Assembly (NCBI GenBank): GCA_020536535.1
Contig: JAHLWZ010000628.1
Span: forward strand, 1-43,356
DNA: 43,356 bases
Reading direction: 5' to 3'
From: Pelomyxa schiedti
Lineage: Eukaryota; Protista; Evosea
Shown here: positions 18,037 through 30,033 of the stretch, piece by piece
How positions within the stretch are numbered: the first letter of the stretch is position 1
Layout: every line of letters starts with the position of its first letter
The notes under the pieces: model-generated
What the model saw: only the letters and a program-made list of their open reading frames with translations
Databases searched by the model: none
Told to the model about the DNA's origin: nothing
Made by a program: the position numbers and the translations under genes

Positions 18037-18151
18037 TTGTTAAACCAGCAAAATAGCATAAAGCCCACATTTCCTTGTTCTAACTGGTTAACCAGTATTT
18101 TTTCCCCAAAGTGAATTACCGATCGTGAAAACTTCTTGTTTCCAACCAGAA

Positions 18152-18833
18152 TCACCCAAGTGCACGAGGTTGAAACCAGTTAGCCATGCAGTATTCACAT
18201 GTCAACAAAGCGGTAACTATGGAATTTAGTTCCCAAAAAAGCACTGCCAAATAGATGACATTCCTGGCAGCTTATTATTACATAGGAAAGGGATGGAAAG
18301 GAGGTTACTTTGAACAGGCTTTTTCGACATTAAGAAGGTCCTCAAAGTGTGGTGGTTAATATCTCGCGTTTGAAAAGAATGTGGGGGCAGAGATTCTTTC
18401 GGACAACCAGGAGCAATGAACACAACAACTGCAGCAACGTGGGGCCATTAATTAAGAAAGAGAACTAAAAAAATAAAGAAAGAGCGGAACACGAACCACG
18501 AGTGTCGAGGCCACACAAGTCGTCGATCTCTGTCCTCGAATATTGACCACCCATTCCCCTGACGCTCACGAGTTGCTGCGGCGCCACGTCGACCGGAACA
18601 GGCCGCACAATGATCTCTGCGTTGTATTTGTTGTCTTCGAGTTTCACGCCTCCCATGTTTTCCAGAGTGTGTTGCAACTCTGTGAGCCACTCCGACGGCC
18701 GGAGGCCGTACGTGTCCACGAACACCCTCAACGGTGGTGGGGAAGAAGGGTCGGGTGAAGACGGTTCGGGACTTACAAGCCGCTGCACAGAGCGGTAGAC
18801 GCCCGCTACAACATCGGTGCTTGATGCCGCCAT
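18152..18833 (-). CDS. Small TIR/DUF4062/NDT-like (flavodoxin-fold) protein with a hydrophobic C-terminal segment, copy A, 3 exons
   Basis: LRVFVDTYGLRPSEWLTELQHTLENMGGVKL fits the betaA-alphaA pattern of TIR. It continues AEIIVRPV and YSRTEIDDLCGLDTR|VVVFIAPGCP (helix Glu followed by a hydrophobic strand). The third exon (TARNVIYLAVLFWELNSIVTAL) aligns with copy B. The gene is supported by its paralog; the fold call is inference. Confidence 0.6.
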
Positions 18834-18971
18834 TTTGAAGAGGCGGTCTTCTTCGGTTCTGAAAACAAGGTGGCTTGACACAAGTTGGTTCCGGCCAAGT
18901 TTGGGGCTCTTCCCAACTTGTTCTTGCCAAGTTTTAAGGTTGCCTCTCTTTTAACAAAAAAAAACATTCAA

Positions 18972-20238
18972 ATGGCCGCTTCCTGCACGACAACTTCAAG
19001 TTCTTGTCCCCTACCAGAAGTCACCAAACTTTTACTGGTGGGGAGACATGGATGCGGAAAAAGTGGGACAGCTGGTTCGATTTTCCACTACCTTTCTGGT
19101 GAACGAACTATGCAATTCACAATTGGTGACGGATGCCAACTACATACAACCCGGCGTCCAGAGCAAGCAAGGATTTCTGTTGTAAGATCAGGAAAGGTGA
19201 GGACCTACGAAATCACTGATAGCCAAGGTTCTTCTACTGGGCTTCGTTATGCTTGTCTCTAATGAGTCCTAGGACTGGCGCCTACTTCTTCGAAAGGCTC
19301 TCTGCTTGAGTATTGGTGGTACTTGAGGGATCTCGTGAAAAGGATTGTAGGGCATCTTGACTATTGAATTCAATTAACTTTACTCGTCCTGTTAAAGAAT
19401 CCACATTTTGTAATACTGGTTACTTCTGCTCAAGATTTTAGAGACTCAGCATGTGCGGAAGCTGCGTACGCACGTCGATTCCTACGGAACATTCGAAATT
19501 TACAGGGACTTAAGTTCTGTTGTGTGTTTCTCATTAAGAATGAATTTATTTCTGAAAAATGTGGCAGCATCACCAGTGCCTGTGATAGTCACCCATGTGA
19601 CAGAGCTACTGACACGAGATCTCAGTGCGGCCGTTCCAGTAGTTGAACAAGCAATGAGGTCCCTCCATATTTCAACAAATGTGTACCCAGGTACCGCTGG
19701 AGTGTTCAACCAACGAACTCACAAATCACAGTGGAAAATTATGGAAGAGAAGGAGGCCCTGATCCACTTAAAGCCACTAATGCTACCTTTGACAGGCTCT
19801 TTACTGACTTTGATAATTGGCTGGGTCATGCAGTCCCAGTGTGTTCCGTGCCTTCCTTCAGTTAGAAGTGAGATCCTTCTTTTCAGGTGGCCCAAGGCAA
19901 TTTTCCCTCTTTGCTCACAATTGTGCGAGCTTGGTATGGCTATGACCAAGAGAATACTGCCTATGGGATGGATGTCACAAGACAGATCCAGGATTTGGTG
20001 CAGGGCTCCAGTCAACTGCCACCAACAAAGGCGACAAACCAGCTCTTTAATAAAGGTACTTTGTTAATGATAGGTACGTGTCTTACATTTTTTAGATCCC
20101 TGCCCACATTGGGCCAAGAAACTCTGGATCAGGTACAGATACAACTATGATGAGGAAAAAAGTCTGGTGTGCGCGGAGGGCCAAGTGTGCCGGATTCCAG
20201 AGACTCAGGGGGACTGGCCAATTTGGGAGAATGAGTGA
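18972..20238 (+). CDS. IFI44/AIG1-like P-loop GTPase fused to a C-terminal DUF3395/SUEL-lectin-like beta domain, copy A, multi-exon
   Basis: G1 LLLVGRHGCGKS, G2 HTT, G3 DSQG, G4-like VIVTHVTE, then YP|VENY (IFI44 has LLTHVD and VxNY). C-terminus IVRAWYG...DVTRQIQDLV...NQLFNK|DPCPHWAKKLWIRY...LVCAEGQVCRIP...WPIWENE*. Confidence 0.78.
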
Positions 20239-20320
20239 GTTTCCTCCAAAAATCAAACCCTGAAAGATAATCATACGTTTATAAAATACGTATTTTAACG
20301 ACGTTAACGTCTCTACGTCA

Positions 20321-23247
20321 ATGCGGCGAAACGGTGCCGGGCGCAAAAGGCCCTCGTACGACGAAGACGAGGGCCAGTGCCATGACGACGATGAGGACTA
20401 CGTTGAGGAGCCCGTAAGTACGCGCAAAGGCTCTGGGCACCGCCAGCACTCGTCGTCCACCACGACAGGTAGCAAAGGGGCTCTATGTACGACCACGGCC
20501 ACGTCGGGCCACGAGGCCAGGGCCCACAGCAGCGGCAGCGACGACGAAGGGGACGCATGCCGAGGACGAAACGGCGCGGGGCGGGGCACGGCCACGGCGG
20601 AGTCCGCAGGGGGCGCGGGTGGGGGGGCGGCGGCGAAAGTCACCAGAATCAGCGAGGCCGACGCCATTGTGGTGCACAACGCCCTGCACGACGTCGCCGT
20701 AGCGCCCCAGTCCGCCCGCGGGTCAGGCAGCGGCACCAGCGAAGACGAGGGGGCGGAGGACGAGGGGGCGCTGGGGCAGCGGGTCGAGAGGGGCGGAAGT
20801 CACGGCGAAAAGCCAAGGAAGAAGAGAAGACCCAAAAAAACCCAAACGCTGGAGACTGTGTATGTAATGGGCAGGGAATGGCCTGTGGAGTGGTCCTCTG
20901 CGAACTCCTACAGGTAGTCCTACCTCTTCCTTGAATTTTTTTTTTTTCTGGTTTTGAATTCACGTTCAAAATTGTTAGGCAAGTCGTTTTTAGTGATGAA
21001 TTGAAACTGGCTACTCAGGTTAGGAAAATCACCTCAGTGTACTTAAGTCTCACTTGAAGAGTACAGAACCCAAAGAAAGAAAATCATTGGGGAGAGATGG
21101 CAAAAAAGGGATCCAAAATAACTTGGTGTGCATGATGAAAGGCACTATTGTTCATCTTATAGACTAAAGGATTCAATGTCCAGACCGGTGGGGATGTGTT
21201 CTAGATGGAGTTATATTTAAGGTCCACCCCACCCACTCGATGTTGGCCATTATTCTCTGTTCTAATAGCAAGCATAGAAATGTAAAGCTCTTATCTCTGC
21301 CGCGAATGGCACTGAGCATGCTCCGCGTAGGGAGCCCAGTTCTCTAAATGCTATCAGCAGTAGCACTGGTGAGGAAGAATTAGAACATTCGCATGTGGAA
21401 TCTGGAACCCCGCTTGTGCAACCTTCACAAAAGAGAAGTAGGACTGACCAGAGTGTGAGCTTGCCATCATAATAAACTGGACAACTTATTTTCCATTGTT
21501 CGGGACACAACTGTTCAAATAGCCAACAACCTGTCGGATTGAGGCCACAACCATACTTCCTAGTACTACTGCAACACACTGTGACACTTCTGCAAGTGTA
21601 TCTGATACAAGGTCAAACATACATTTATGTCTACGGTTGTTCTCACCCTTTAACATAGACCAATGTGTATCTATGGAAATATGTGCTACAGGAAAAATCC
21701 CGAGCACTTACAGAGATTCCAGCACCCAAAGAAAATTGAGCACCCCAGTTTACCAACTTTGACAACCGATCTGAAGCCCGTCAAAGAAAATACCTGTATA
21801 TCTTTTATTTGCGCATTCCTATATTAATACTTTGATTTCAGCTGCTGTGCAGGAGGCCGACTTCAAGCCCTTTCCAGATGTCTATATTATCAAACCCTCT
21901 GACATAATAACGGGAGAGAAGCTTGGTGCCGGCTCTTTTGGGGAGGTAGTTGAACTCTGCGTGCATTGTGAAAATTTGACTGCAGTAGGTTCGGAAAGCT
22001 ACATGGAATCACCGTGATGTGGCAATAAAGATCATGCACAAGCAAGACGAAAAATCCAAGGCAATGTTTCTCAAAGAGGCTGCATTAATGTGGTATGTTC
22101 TCCACATTGTATTCCATAATATCAACAACTGTTGGAAAAGCAAATGCAAACATATAAATATTGTGCGTTGTCATGGCGTGTGCACTGAACCCACTTTATC
22201 AATTGTGATGGAATACCTGCCTCAATCACTTATCAAAGTGGTAAAAAATCTGGGGGATCGACTGTTGGGGACCTCAGAAGTTTTATTTTTTGCATGTGGA
22301 ATAGCACAAGGTGTTGAGTACTTGCACTCTTTGCATCCCCAAATTATTCACAGGTCTTTTTTTAATTTTTCCGCTTATTTTTTATTGATTTCTTAGGGAT
22401 TTGAAGGTAGTCTTTTCTTTTGAACCAAAAGAAATCAATTATAATGGTATTCTTCAGCCTGATAATATCCTTCTGGATGATCACAACACACCCAAGGTTT
22501 CCTTTTTCTTGTCGTTTTTTCTTTTGGTGCAAATCTACAGAGATTGACCTTCTTTCCAAAAATCGATTTAAAGTAGATTTGTGATTTCGGTTTTTGACTT
22601 CAAGGTTTCTCTCTATACTCATCAGACTCCTCAGGTGTGTCTCGAGAAAGAGCAGAAGAAGACCTTACAATGACAAAAATTGGGACTCCTCTGTACTGTA
22701 TAGTTTCCCTGTGGTGGTTTTTACACTAACTTTTGTTAGGTGCCCCTGAAGTGATGACACTTGGAAAATACAATGAAAAGGTTCATCGAGAGTGGTAATT
22801 GTACATCAATCATTTTTTCTCAAGGCCGATGTATACTCCTTTGGGATGCTTTTATTCTTCATGGTTACTGGAAACCACCCTTTTGCATCTGAAGGTTTCT
22901 AAAAGGAGTTGCACAAATGCTAACACACGTTTTCTGTAACAGGAGTACTCTCTGGTTATCAGATAATGCTCAAGGTACCCCAATGAAGAACACATTTAAC
23001 TTTTTCCCTTTGAATCCGCTCATTTTACATGCAGGTTGCTGTAAACCACCAAAGACCTGAAATTCCCACCACCTGTGACCAGTTCCTTGCTTCCCTGATA
23101 CAGAAATGTTGGGGTATGCAGACGCACAAAAATCCACATAATATTACTTACCCCTTTCAATATACAGACAAGGAGCCCAACACCAGGCCCACTATGACAC
23201 AAGTCAAACAACAACTCGAAGAGTTTTCTGTACCCTTTAAACACTGA
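20321..23247 (+). CDS. Tyrosine-kinase-like (TKL) Ser/Thr protein kinase with an upstream PBZ (PAR-binding zinc finger) and a low-complexity/NLS-like N-terminus; multi-exon
   Basis: LGAGSFGEV, VAIK, FLKEA, IIHR|DLK|PDNILL, ICDFG, TMTKIGTPLYCAPEV, ADVYSFG, RPTMTQV. The exon from 21659 reads RPMCIYGNMCYRKNPEHLQRFQHP (PBZ). KPRKKRRPKK is a basic cluster. Confidence 0.88.
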
Positions 23248-23316
23248 ACAACACCGAAACGAGAGCTAATTTCAACCTTCAATTTATCTTCTACCACTCC
23301 AACTCAGGAAAAACCA

Positions 23317-24800
23317 ATGAGCACGTCGTATCAGGAGTGGTTGCAGCGGGATCGAGGGAGTTTGGAGGCACGTGTTGCTGAGGCGTATCGAATATGGGAC
23401 TCGTGTGTGATGTGTGGGAGACGATGTGGTGTCAATAGATTAAATGGTACATAAGAAACTGAAACCTTTTACTACCCCACTTACTATTTTATTCTTTTTC
23501 CTTCATAGGGAGCATGGGATATTGTAAGGCTCCTCGAAATGCCTTTGTGTGCCATATTTACTATTTGGTTTTGGCTTTTCCTTACGAGGGGATAGCTTTG
23601 TTCATGGAACCCTCACTATGGAGAAGAACCCCCTTTGGTTGGCAGATATGGCTCAGGAACGGTATTTTACCTATTTAAAAAAATTAAGTCTAACTCCTCT
23701 CAAGATATTTTTCAGTTCATGCAATCTTCTATGCGTTTTTTGCCAAAATGATGACATATCCCATGGACGTGAGGGTAAAGAGTATACTCCTGCGCAGCTT
23801 GCTGATATTGTAAGTACTTCACAAGAAAATACAGCTCAAAATCGCAAAATGACACCTCAACAAAAAACCTATTTGTGTGTTTGGCAAAAGTTGTATTTTG
23901 TACCAATGCACCTTTAGATGCTTTCATTGCAAAATCAAAGGCGATGCCACAACATCAATTTAGTGACCCCGTCTCATCAGTTGCCTCCCATTTTGGAAGC
24001 CATTGTTATTGCCGCTAAAGTAAAATGTTACTCGTTCATTTTAACTCTAACAGTTTAAGGCTGGTTTGGATATTCCAATTGTTTGGAATTGCGGTGGTTA
24101 TGAAAGCATGGAAGCTATGCACCTCTTAGATGGAATTGTTGATGTTCGTCTACCCACTTCTTCCCATGTTGGGGCTAATAGAGTAAAGATATATATGCCC
24201 GATTTCAAATTCTGGGAATCAGATCCTGCCAGAAGATTTATGAACACCCCTGACTATCGTGAGGTGGCCTGCACAGCAATCAAGGAGATGCATCGGCAGG
24301 TTAATGACATGGAATTGTGGCTTTGCTCCTAATGGCCCACAGGTGGGCGTGTTGAAGCTTGACTTCTCTGGAATCGCCAAAAGAGGCCTGCTTATAAGGT
24401 TTCTGGGAGTGCGATTGTTAGCAAACTTGGGAGTTTATTGAAAGGCGATTACAGGCATTTGGTCATGCCCAATGGTCTTGCGGGGACAAGACAGCTTGTC
24501 CAGTGGATTGCAGCTGAGCTGTCACCAAAGACGTATGGGAGAACCCAACAAATAACAACCAACAACGAATGAAACCGGCACCAAACCCCTAACCATTGAA
24601 CTCCAGTTGGATCAACGTGATGGGACAATACCGGCCTTGCTTCAGAGCCTCAGATTTTGAGGATATTGCCCGCAGGTACTTCCTCATTTCACTAGAAACA
24701 CACTTGTTTATCTCATGACATCACCAGGCCGTCGGCACGTGAAATTACTGAGGCAATCACCTATGCCAAAGAAGCAGGACTCCACCTTGTACATGACTAA
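23317..24800 (+). CDS. pflX: PflX-like radical SAM Fe-S protein (putative pyruvate formate-lyase activating enzyme family), about 11 exons
   Basis: CVMCGRRCGVNR, HYGEEPPLVG..GSGT|IFFSSCNLLCVFCQN (CxxxCxxC), CHNINLVTPSH, IPIVWNCGGYES, LLDGIVD|IYMPDFK, GLLIR|HLVMP, NVMGQYRP; TAA at 24798-24800. Confidence 0.93.
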
Positions 24801-24880
24801 AAATAAAACAAGAGAGATACTTTGAAGTAGGTTTTTGCTTTTACTTCAAAAGGTGTGGAGTGTCTATTTTGAGTACTGGG

Positions 24881-27800
24881 TCAAGGCAATGGTTTCATGC
24901 CCCGTAATTGACATGTGCTTAAGTACAATTGACGAGCAGGGGAGGGTGTGTCAACTAACATTGAGCCAGGGACTGGTTCCCAGTTGACTTTATCTGTGTA
25001 GTAGTACAATGCAAACCGTTCCTTCCTGTTGTGCATGAGTTCTGTGTTTATAAGTTGTCAGTACATCCGATGTAGTAAGGTAGATCACTTACGCCAGACG
25101 GAAGCTGTCGTGGCGTGGAGCTGGAGTCGTAGTATACTTCCATATGGATCTGTTTGCATCACTTGGCCTATGGGACCTAGTTTTTCCTCTACGAGATAAA
25201 GCCGACTTGGTTCAACAATGACCACTACGTCCATCATCGGAACGATAAACTGCGGTTCGGCAGCTGATTCCAAGCTGCTGAACAGCGGTCTCAGGGCGCC
25301 GTGGACTTGTCCCATTCCTATATGTGTTTGTTGAAAAAAAAACAGGAAGTGAAGGAGGGGACTGGCTGTACCTCGATGAATGGAATCAGAATGGAAGGTG
25401 CAATGGGTCAAAGTAAGCAGAAGGCCAGTGATCTTGGTAAATTTGGTGGATCACATTAATGCCATGGTGGGATCTTATGGGAAACTCACTCGAGAACCAC
25501 ATAGCTGCTCTGAGGTACACAAGATCGGGAAACTGGCTTCAAGGCAAGAGGCTATTTCTCTAACATTCAGGGAGGGTTCCACCGCCAATACGTTGTCCTC
25601 GAACACACAGAGAATCCTCAACTCGGATACATTTAGCTCACGACATTTTTCGTTCAGACTCTTGATGTCGGAACCCTTGTGACAAGAGATAACTGCGACA
25701 TGTTACGTGCAGATACACGCCATTATGCACATACAGGAAAGAAATTCCGGTGACAGAGGGCTTGCTGTAAATGTGAAATCGTTGTGACGATTGGGTGACT
25801 TGCCAGAGACTGTGGCAGAGCGAGTGAGCCGTATTTGTGTGAATATGACTGGTCGCTCCATCTAGGAAAGGGCAGAAGTAATGAAAGTGATGAAGTTGGG
25901 GAGCCTTACATCAAAAAGCGATTCGTTAGGACCCGGCTCCATCAGAGAAGGGAACAACAAGGGACGCATATCCTCGGGCTCATGAGAGAGTGCCTGGAAT
26001 AATAAGGTGGGGCAAGGGGTAAAAGGCTGCTTTATTTCATCTGAGGGTAATTTTAATACACACACCATATGCAAACTAGAAAAGATATTGCACACCACAC
26101 AGCAGCTTGTCACTGGCCAATATCATCGGCTTTTCGACGTCACCAGAAGACCAATTGACTCCAACAAAAGCTCCACACCCGGCTACAGTCAAAGTTTCAC
26201 ATCTCGTTCCATTCATGGCAATGATGCGTCTAATGATGCGTGGTTTCTTGAAACCGTAAGGGGAGAAAAAAAGTATTGATGGGGAAGTGGCGCACCTCAC
26301 TTTGTCTGTAGAACATTGGAATAGAGTCGTGCATGGTTCCCGATAGGATTCGGCACATGGTTGTATTCTTGGATGGGAATGGGTAGACTGATTGCAAGTA
26401 TATAACAAGAGGACCACTGGCAGAGCAGTTATGTATGGCTGCCTCAAGCTGGAAAATGTGGGAAACCATAATAAAAGACGAGACGAGTTCCTACCCTAGC
26501 ATTTGAGGACTGGAGAAACTCTTTAGCCCTGTATTTTTGGGCTTCCACTGGTGAAGGAATATTTGCTTTCACCATGGAAAGAAGGGAGCGCTGAAGAAAC
26601 AAGAAGTTTCCTAGCAGTTGCTTCCGCAGGGGTCGCAAAGTAGAGTCTCTCCTAGAACGTTTTAGTATTGATAGCAGTTGGTTAAGTCAATCTTACTCTA
26701 GTTCCAGATTTAAGGTTTTGCCAAAGCGCCTGAGGTCTTCTTCTGTGGCGGTTGTGTAGATTTTGACAAGAGGCTCCAAAACATATTTCTCAAAGCCAGT
26801 GACAGAAGTACCTTCTTCACCTTTCTAATTTTATGAGAGATCAGATATCACTCTCTGAGTGGAGGTGCCCAACCTTCAACCAACGCGAGTGAGGGACGTC
26901 CCAGCACCAATTTCCCCACAATTTTTCGACTAATTTGTCTTCCTCTATTCCTAACTTCTGTGCGTACACTCTTGCAAATGTGGGCAAAGTGAATCCCCAA
27001 TTTTGCAGTCCACATGAAAACAAGACGTTTCCCTTTATCTTTTTCAGCAAGGGAATCAAAAGGGAGCCTATTACACACTCTGTCGGGTCTGGCGTTCAGG
27101 TCTCCCATTGTAGAATCACCCTTCAGGTGATAGGCTACAACTGAGTTGAACTCCTGTACATGGGCATATATCCTGTTGCTGAGCTCGGAAATGGTACAGG
27201 TCGTGTCACTCAACAGTACATCTAGCTTGTTCACACAGAGAAGTGGTTTAACTTTGTGTTTAATAGCTTTTGCAATGAGCATGTGCTCAGTGGGACCAAA
27301 GCCATCCTGGACAGTGGTTACGAGTAAGCAGCCGTCGATAACTGTCCAGACACTGGAAATTATCAGAAGGATCAAATATTAAAAATGACGTGTACTTCTC
27401 AAGGAAGAATTCCCTATGAAAGTTCACACATGTGATTTCCCCCCTTTCCTGGTGCAAAAGAGGCACTACTCGCGGATTTATTGTGATCCCTCTCTACAGG
27501 TAACCATTAAACAAGTCGTGGAAATATGAGTGCAAAGTACCAATTGTTCATCTTGTCGGGTATCAGTATAACGCATTTCTCCAGCGGGCTTCGCCCATAA
27601 AGCTAATCGAAGGTGAGAAAGGGAATTGTATGGGGTAGACTTAAACTTTACCAGAAGGTGGTACCACCGCTGGAATTCCAGAAGCCGTAGTTGTCTCGGT
27701 GATGCTTGTTGCTGCTGATGGAATTTCAGAAGATGTCATACTTTCAGAGACAGCTGTTTCACGTTTTTGAACTGCCACAAAAGATGTGTACTTGGACAGT

Positions 27801-29991
27801 AAAGAATGTCTGAAAGAAATTTGAGCATATACAAGAGGTCAATCAAGAGCTTCTCAACTTTATTCCAAGACTGATAATGAGAGACTGTGCTTCTGCGCCT
27901 GATATCCCTGAAATAAAGCCCATCTCGAGGTCTCTAATGTACCTTCTGGCAGAAAGCTTGGAAATTTGATTTCCTGTCTGGAAGTGGTTGGCCGAATCTC
28001 GTTTTGGAGAAACTTACAGAGGTAATTTGGGCAAGATCTAAAGCGACAGTCCATGATTGCTCCTTTCCAGTGCTATCTGTGCCACAGAGTGTAACACTTC
28101 CCCGACTAGAGTTTGAAGCAGGAAACGAGGCATAGGCAACCAGATTTCCACCAGAAAACACAGGGGGTAAGGTAGAGGGTATGCACACAATTGGGGTAAT
28201 CCCTGTGTCGAATTTTAGGCTGAGATTCACTAGAGCAGGCTGTAGGGCATTAGACATCTGTGAAGTTGCCTCCTCTCTTAAACTTGAATCACCAAGTACC
28301 ATGACATGTGTTCCATTGCCTTTGTTGAAATTTTAATTTTGGTGCTTAGTGATAGGGGAGTTAACCTGATTTGGCAAGATTTTCAGCAAGTTCCTTGGAA
28401 GCAGGACCAATCCCAAAGCTGAAGATCCGGATGGTGCCTGCTCGATTGTGCACAGCCATGAGTACTTCTTGTGAATTTGAAATTTCTCCATCCTTTCAAA
28501 TTGTAAGTGGAAAAAACCTCAATACAGTGCACATACAGTAAAAACCATAATCTGTCTCGAGGCACCTGGCTTTAACGGTTGAGAAAAAATGGACTCCAAG
28601 GGTTGCAGTATTTCAGTGCCTGTGACGACTGTTATTTTACCGTTGTTGAAAAAAAAAGGGCACCTCCGAGATCAGCTTCCATTGCCCAAACCCGGGGTGT
28701 TGCCTCTGAAATCTGAGTTGTTGAGGCAATGACTGGAGAAGGGTAAAAAGACTCATATGTCGAACCAAAGCGCACAATGTCTGCAAAGAGTCAAAAGAGG
28801 AACAAAAGGAAAACATGCACCTACTGAAGAATACATTTGATGGAAGGAGTCCAAGACACGAACTTAAGGTCGATCGAGTGGTAGCAATCCTGCTTCCAGA
28901 CATGCCTACATTTGGTAAGCTGAACTCGACTCAAAGATTGATACTTACTTCCTGAACAATCTACCAGGAAAATAAATTCTGTGTTAAGCAGAGCCGAAGC
29001 TGTGTCGAAAAGGGGATTGAACGTGATCATTGCAGTTTTGCTAGGTGATTGGTCTGCAAACTCCACCCAGACATTTGGCTCATGTATGCCAGCATATGAA
29101 ATAAGTAAACGGAAATCGCTTTTCAACGACTCCGCCAGCTAACAAGTAACATAAGAGCACGACTTTTAAAACTGATATTTACATTCAGAGATACTGTTGC
29201 CTTACTGCCAGAGAGTGTGCTAGTGCACATGGGGTGAGATGGAGATGAGATGTGTGATATTTCGGAGGCCATGCTTATACTGATTGAAACGCTACAGGTT
29301 GGTGACGGAAAACCTTTGGAGTGTTGGAATACAGCTAGGTTTCACTTGCAAAACTGTTACCAAGGTGCGATGGAGTGATCTGTGTGGGTAAACAAAACTC
29401 AATACTGTTGTGTTCCTGTGGATCCACGGGTAATTCCTAGTCGGTGCTTAGATAGCTAGCTTTTCAGGTGGGAAATGCCTGTGTGTAGTGTATCTTTAAA
29501 AGAACTTTCTCGGTTGGGAGAACGTTTCCACAAGACGCGCGGAAAAAAGAAGGACCAAGCTGTTCTATTAGAAAAGCACTGTGCCCTTGTTTTTTTAAAA
29601 AAAGTTAGTTAGAACTACTTCGAGTCACTCTAAAAGTGGGAGTACCTGAGGCAATCGAGTCATCATACTTATTGGCAGCAGTAGTTTTCTCCATGATTTG
29701 TGCTTGAATGACCCTTTATCATAATGAGCGCCGGATAAAAATGAACTATGGGAAAGCAAAAGCAAAAGCAAAAGCGAACTTGTTTGTGGTCACGACAGTG
29801 ACACCATAGACAGCCGCCGTTGCAGGCATCTGAAAAGTAACGAAGCCCTCCACGGGCCCCGCTGTGTTATTGACATACTCCTGCTCCACCTCTACGTCGC
29901 AGCTCCACCCCTCGATTCTCGCCGCCACCGCGACGCGCGTAAAAGCCAGGGGAGGCATCGTGCCGACTTTCGGAATTGTGGGTGTCGCCGC

Positions 29992-30033
<42 letters not shown>

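Noticed and set aside
20313-20969. Multiple overlapping and antisense Arg/Gly/Pro-rich ORFs (also 7360-7920, 29864-30220, 33484-34285, 40054-40641)
   Set aside because: These are shadow ORFs caused by stop-codon scarcity in GC-rich first exons of real genes.
29755-29775. (GCAAAA)n hexamer run translating as FAFAFAF
   Set aside because: It lies in the first intron of the VIT-vWA::eEF2 gene and is a simple microsatellite, not coding.
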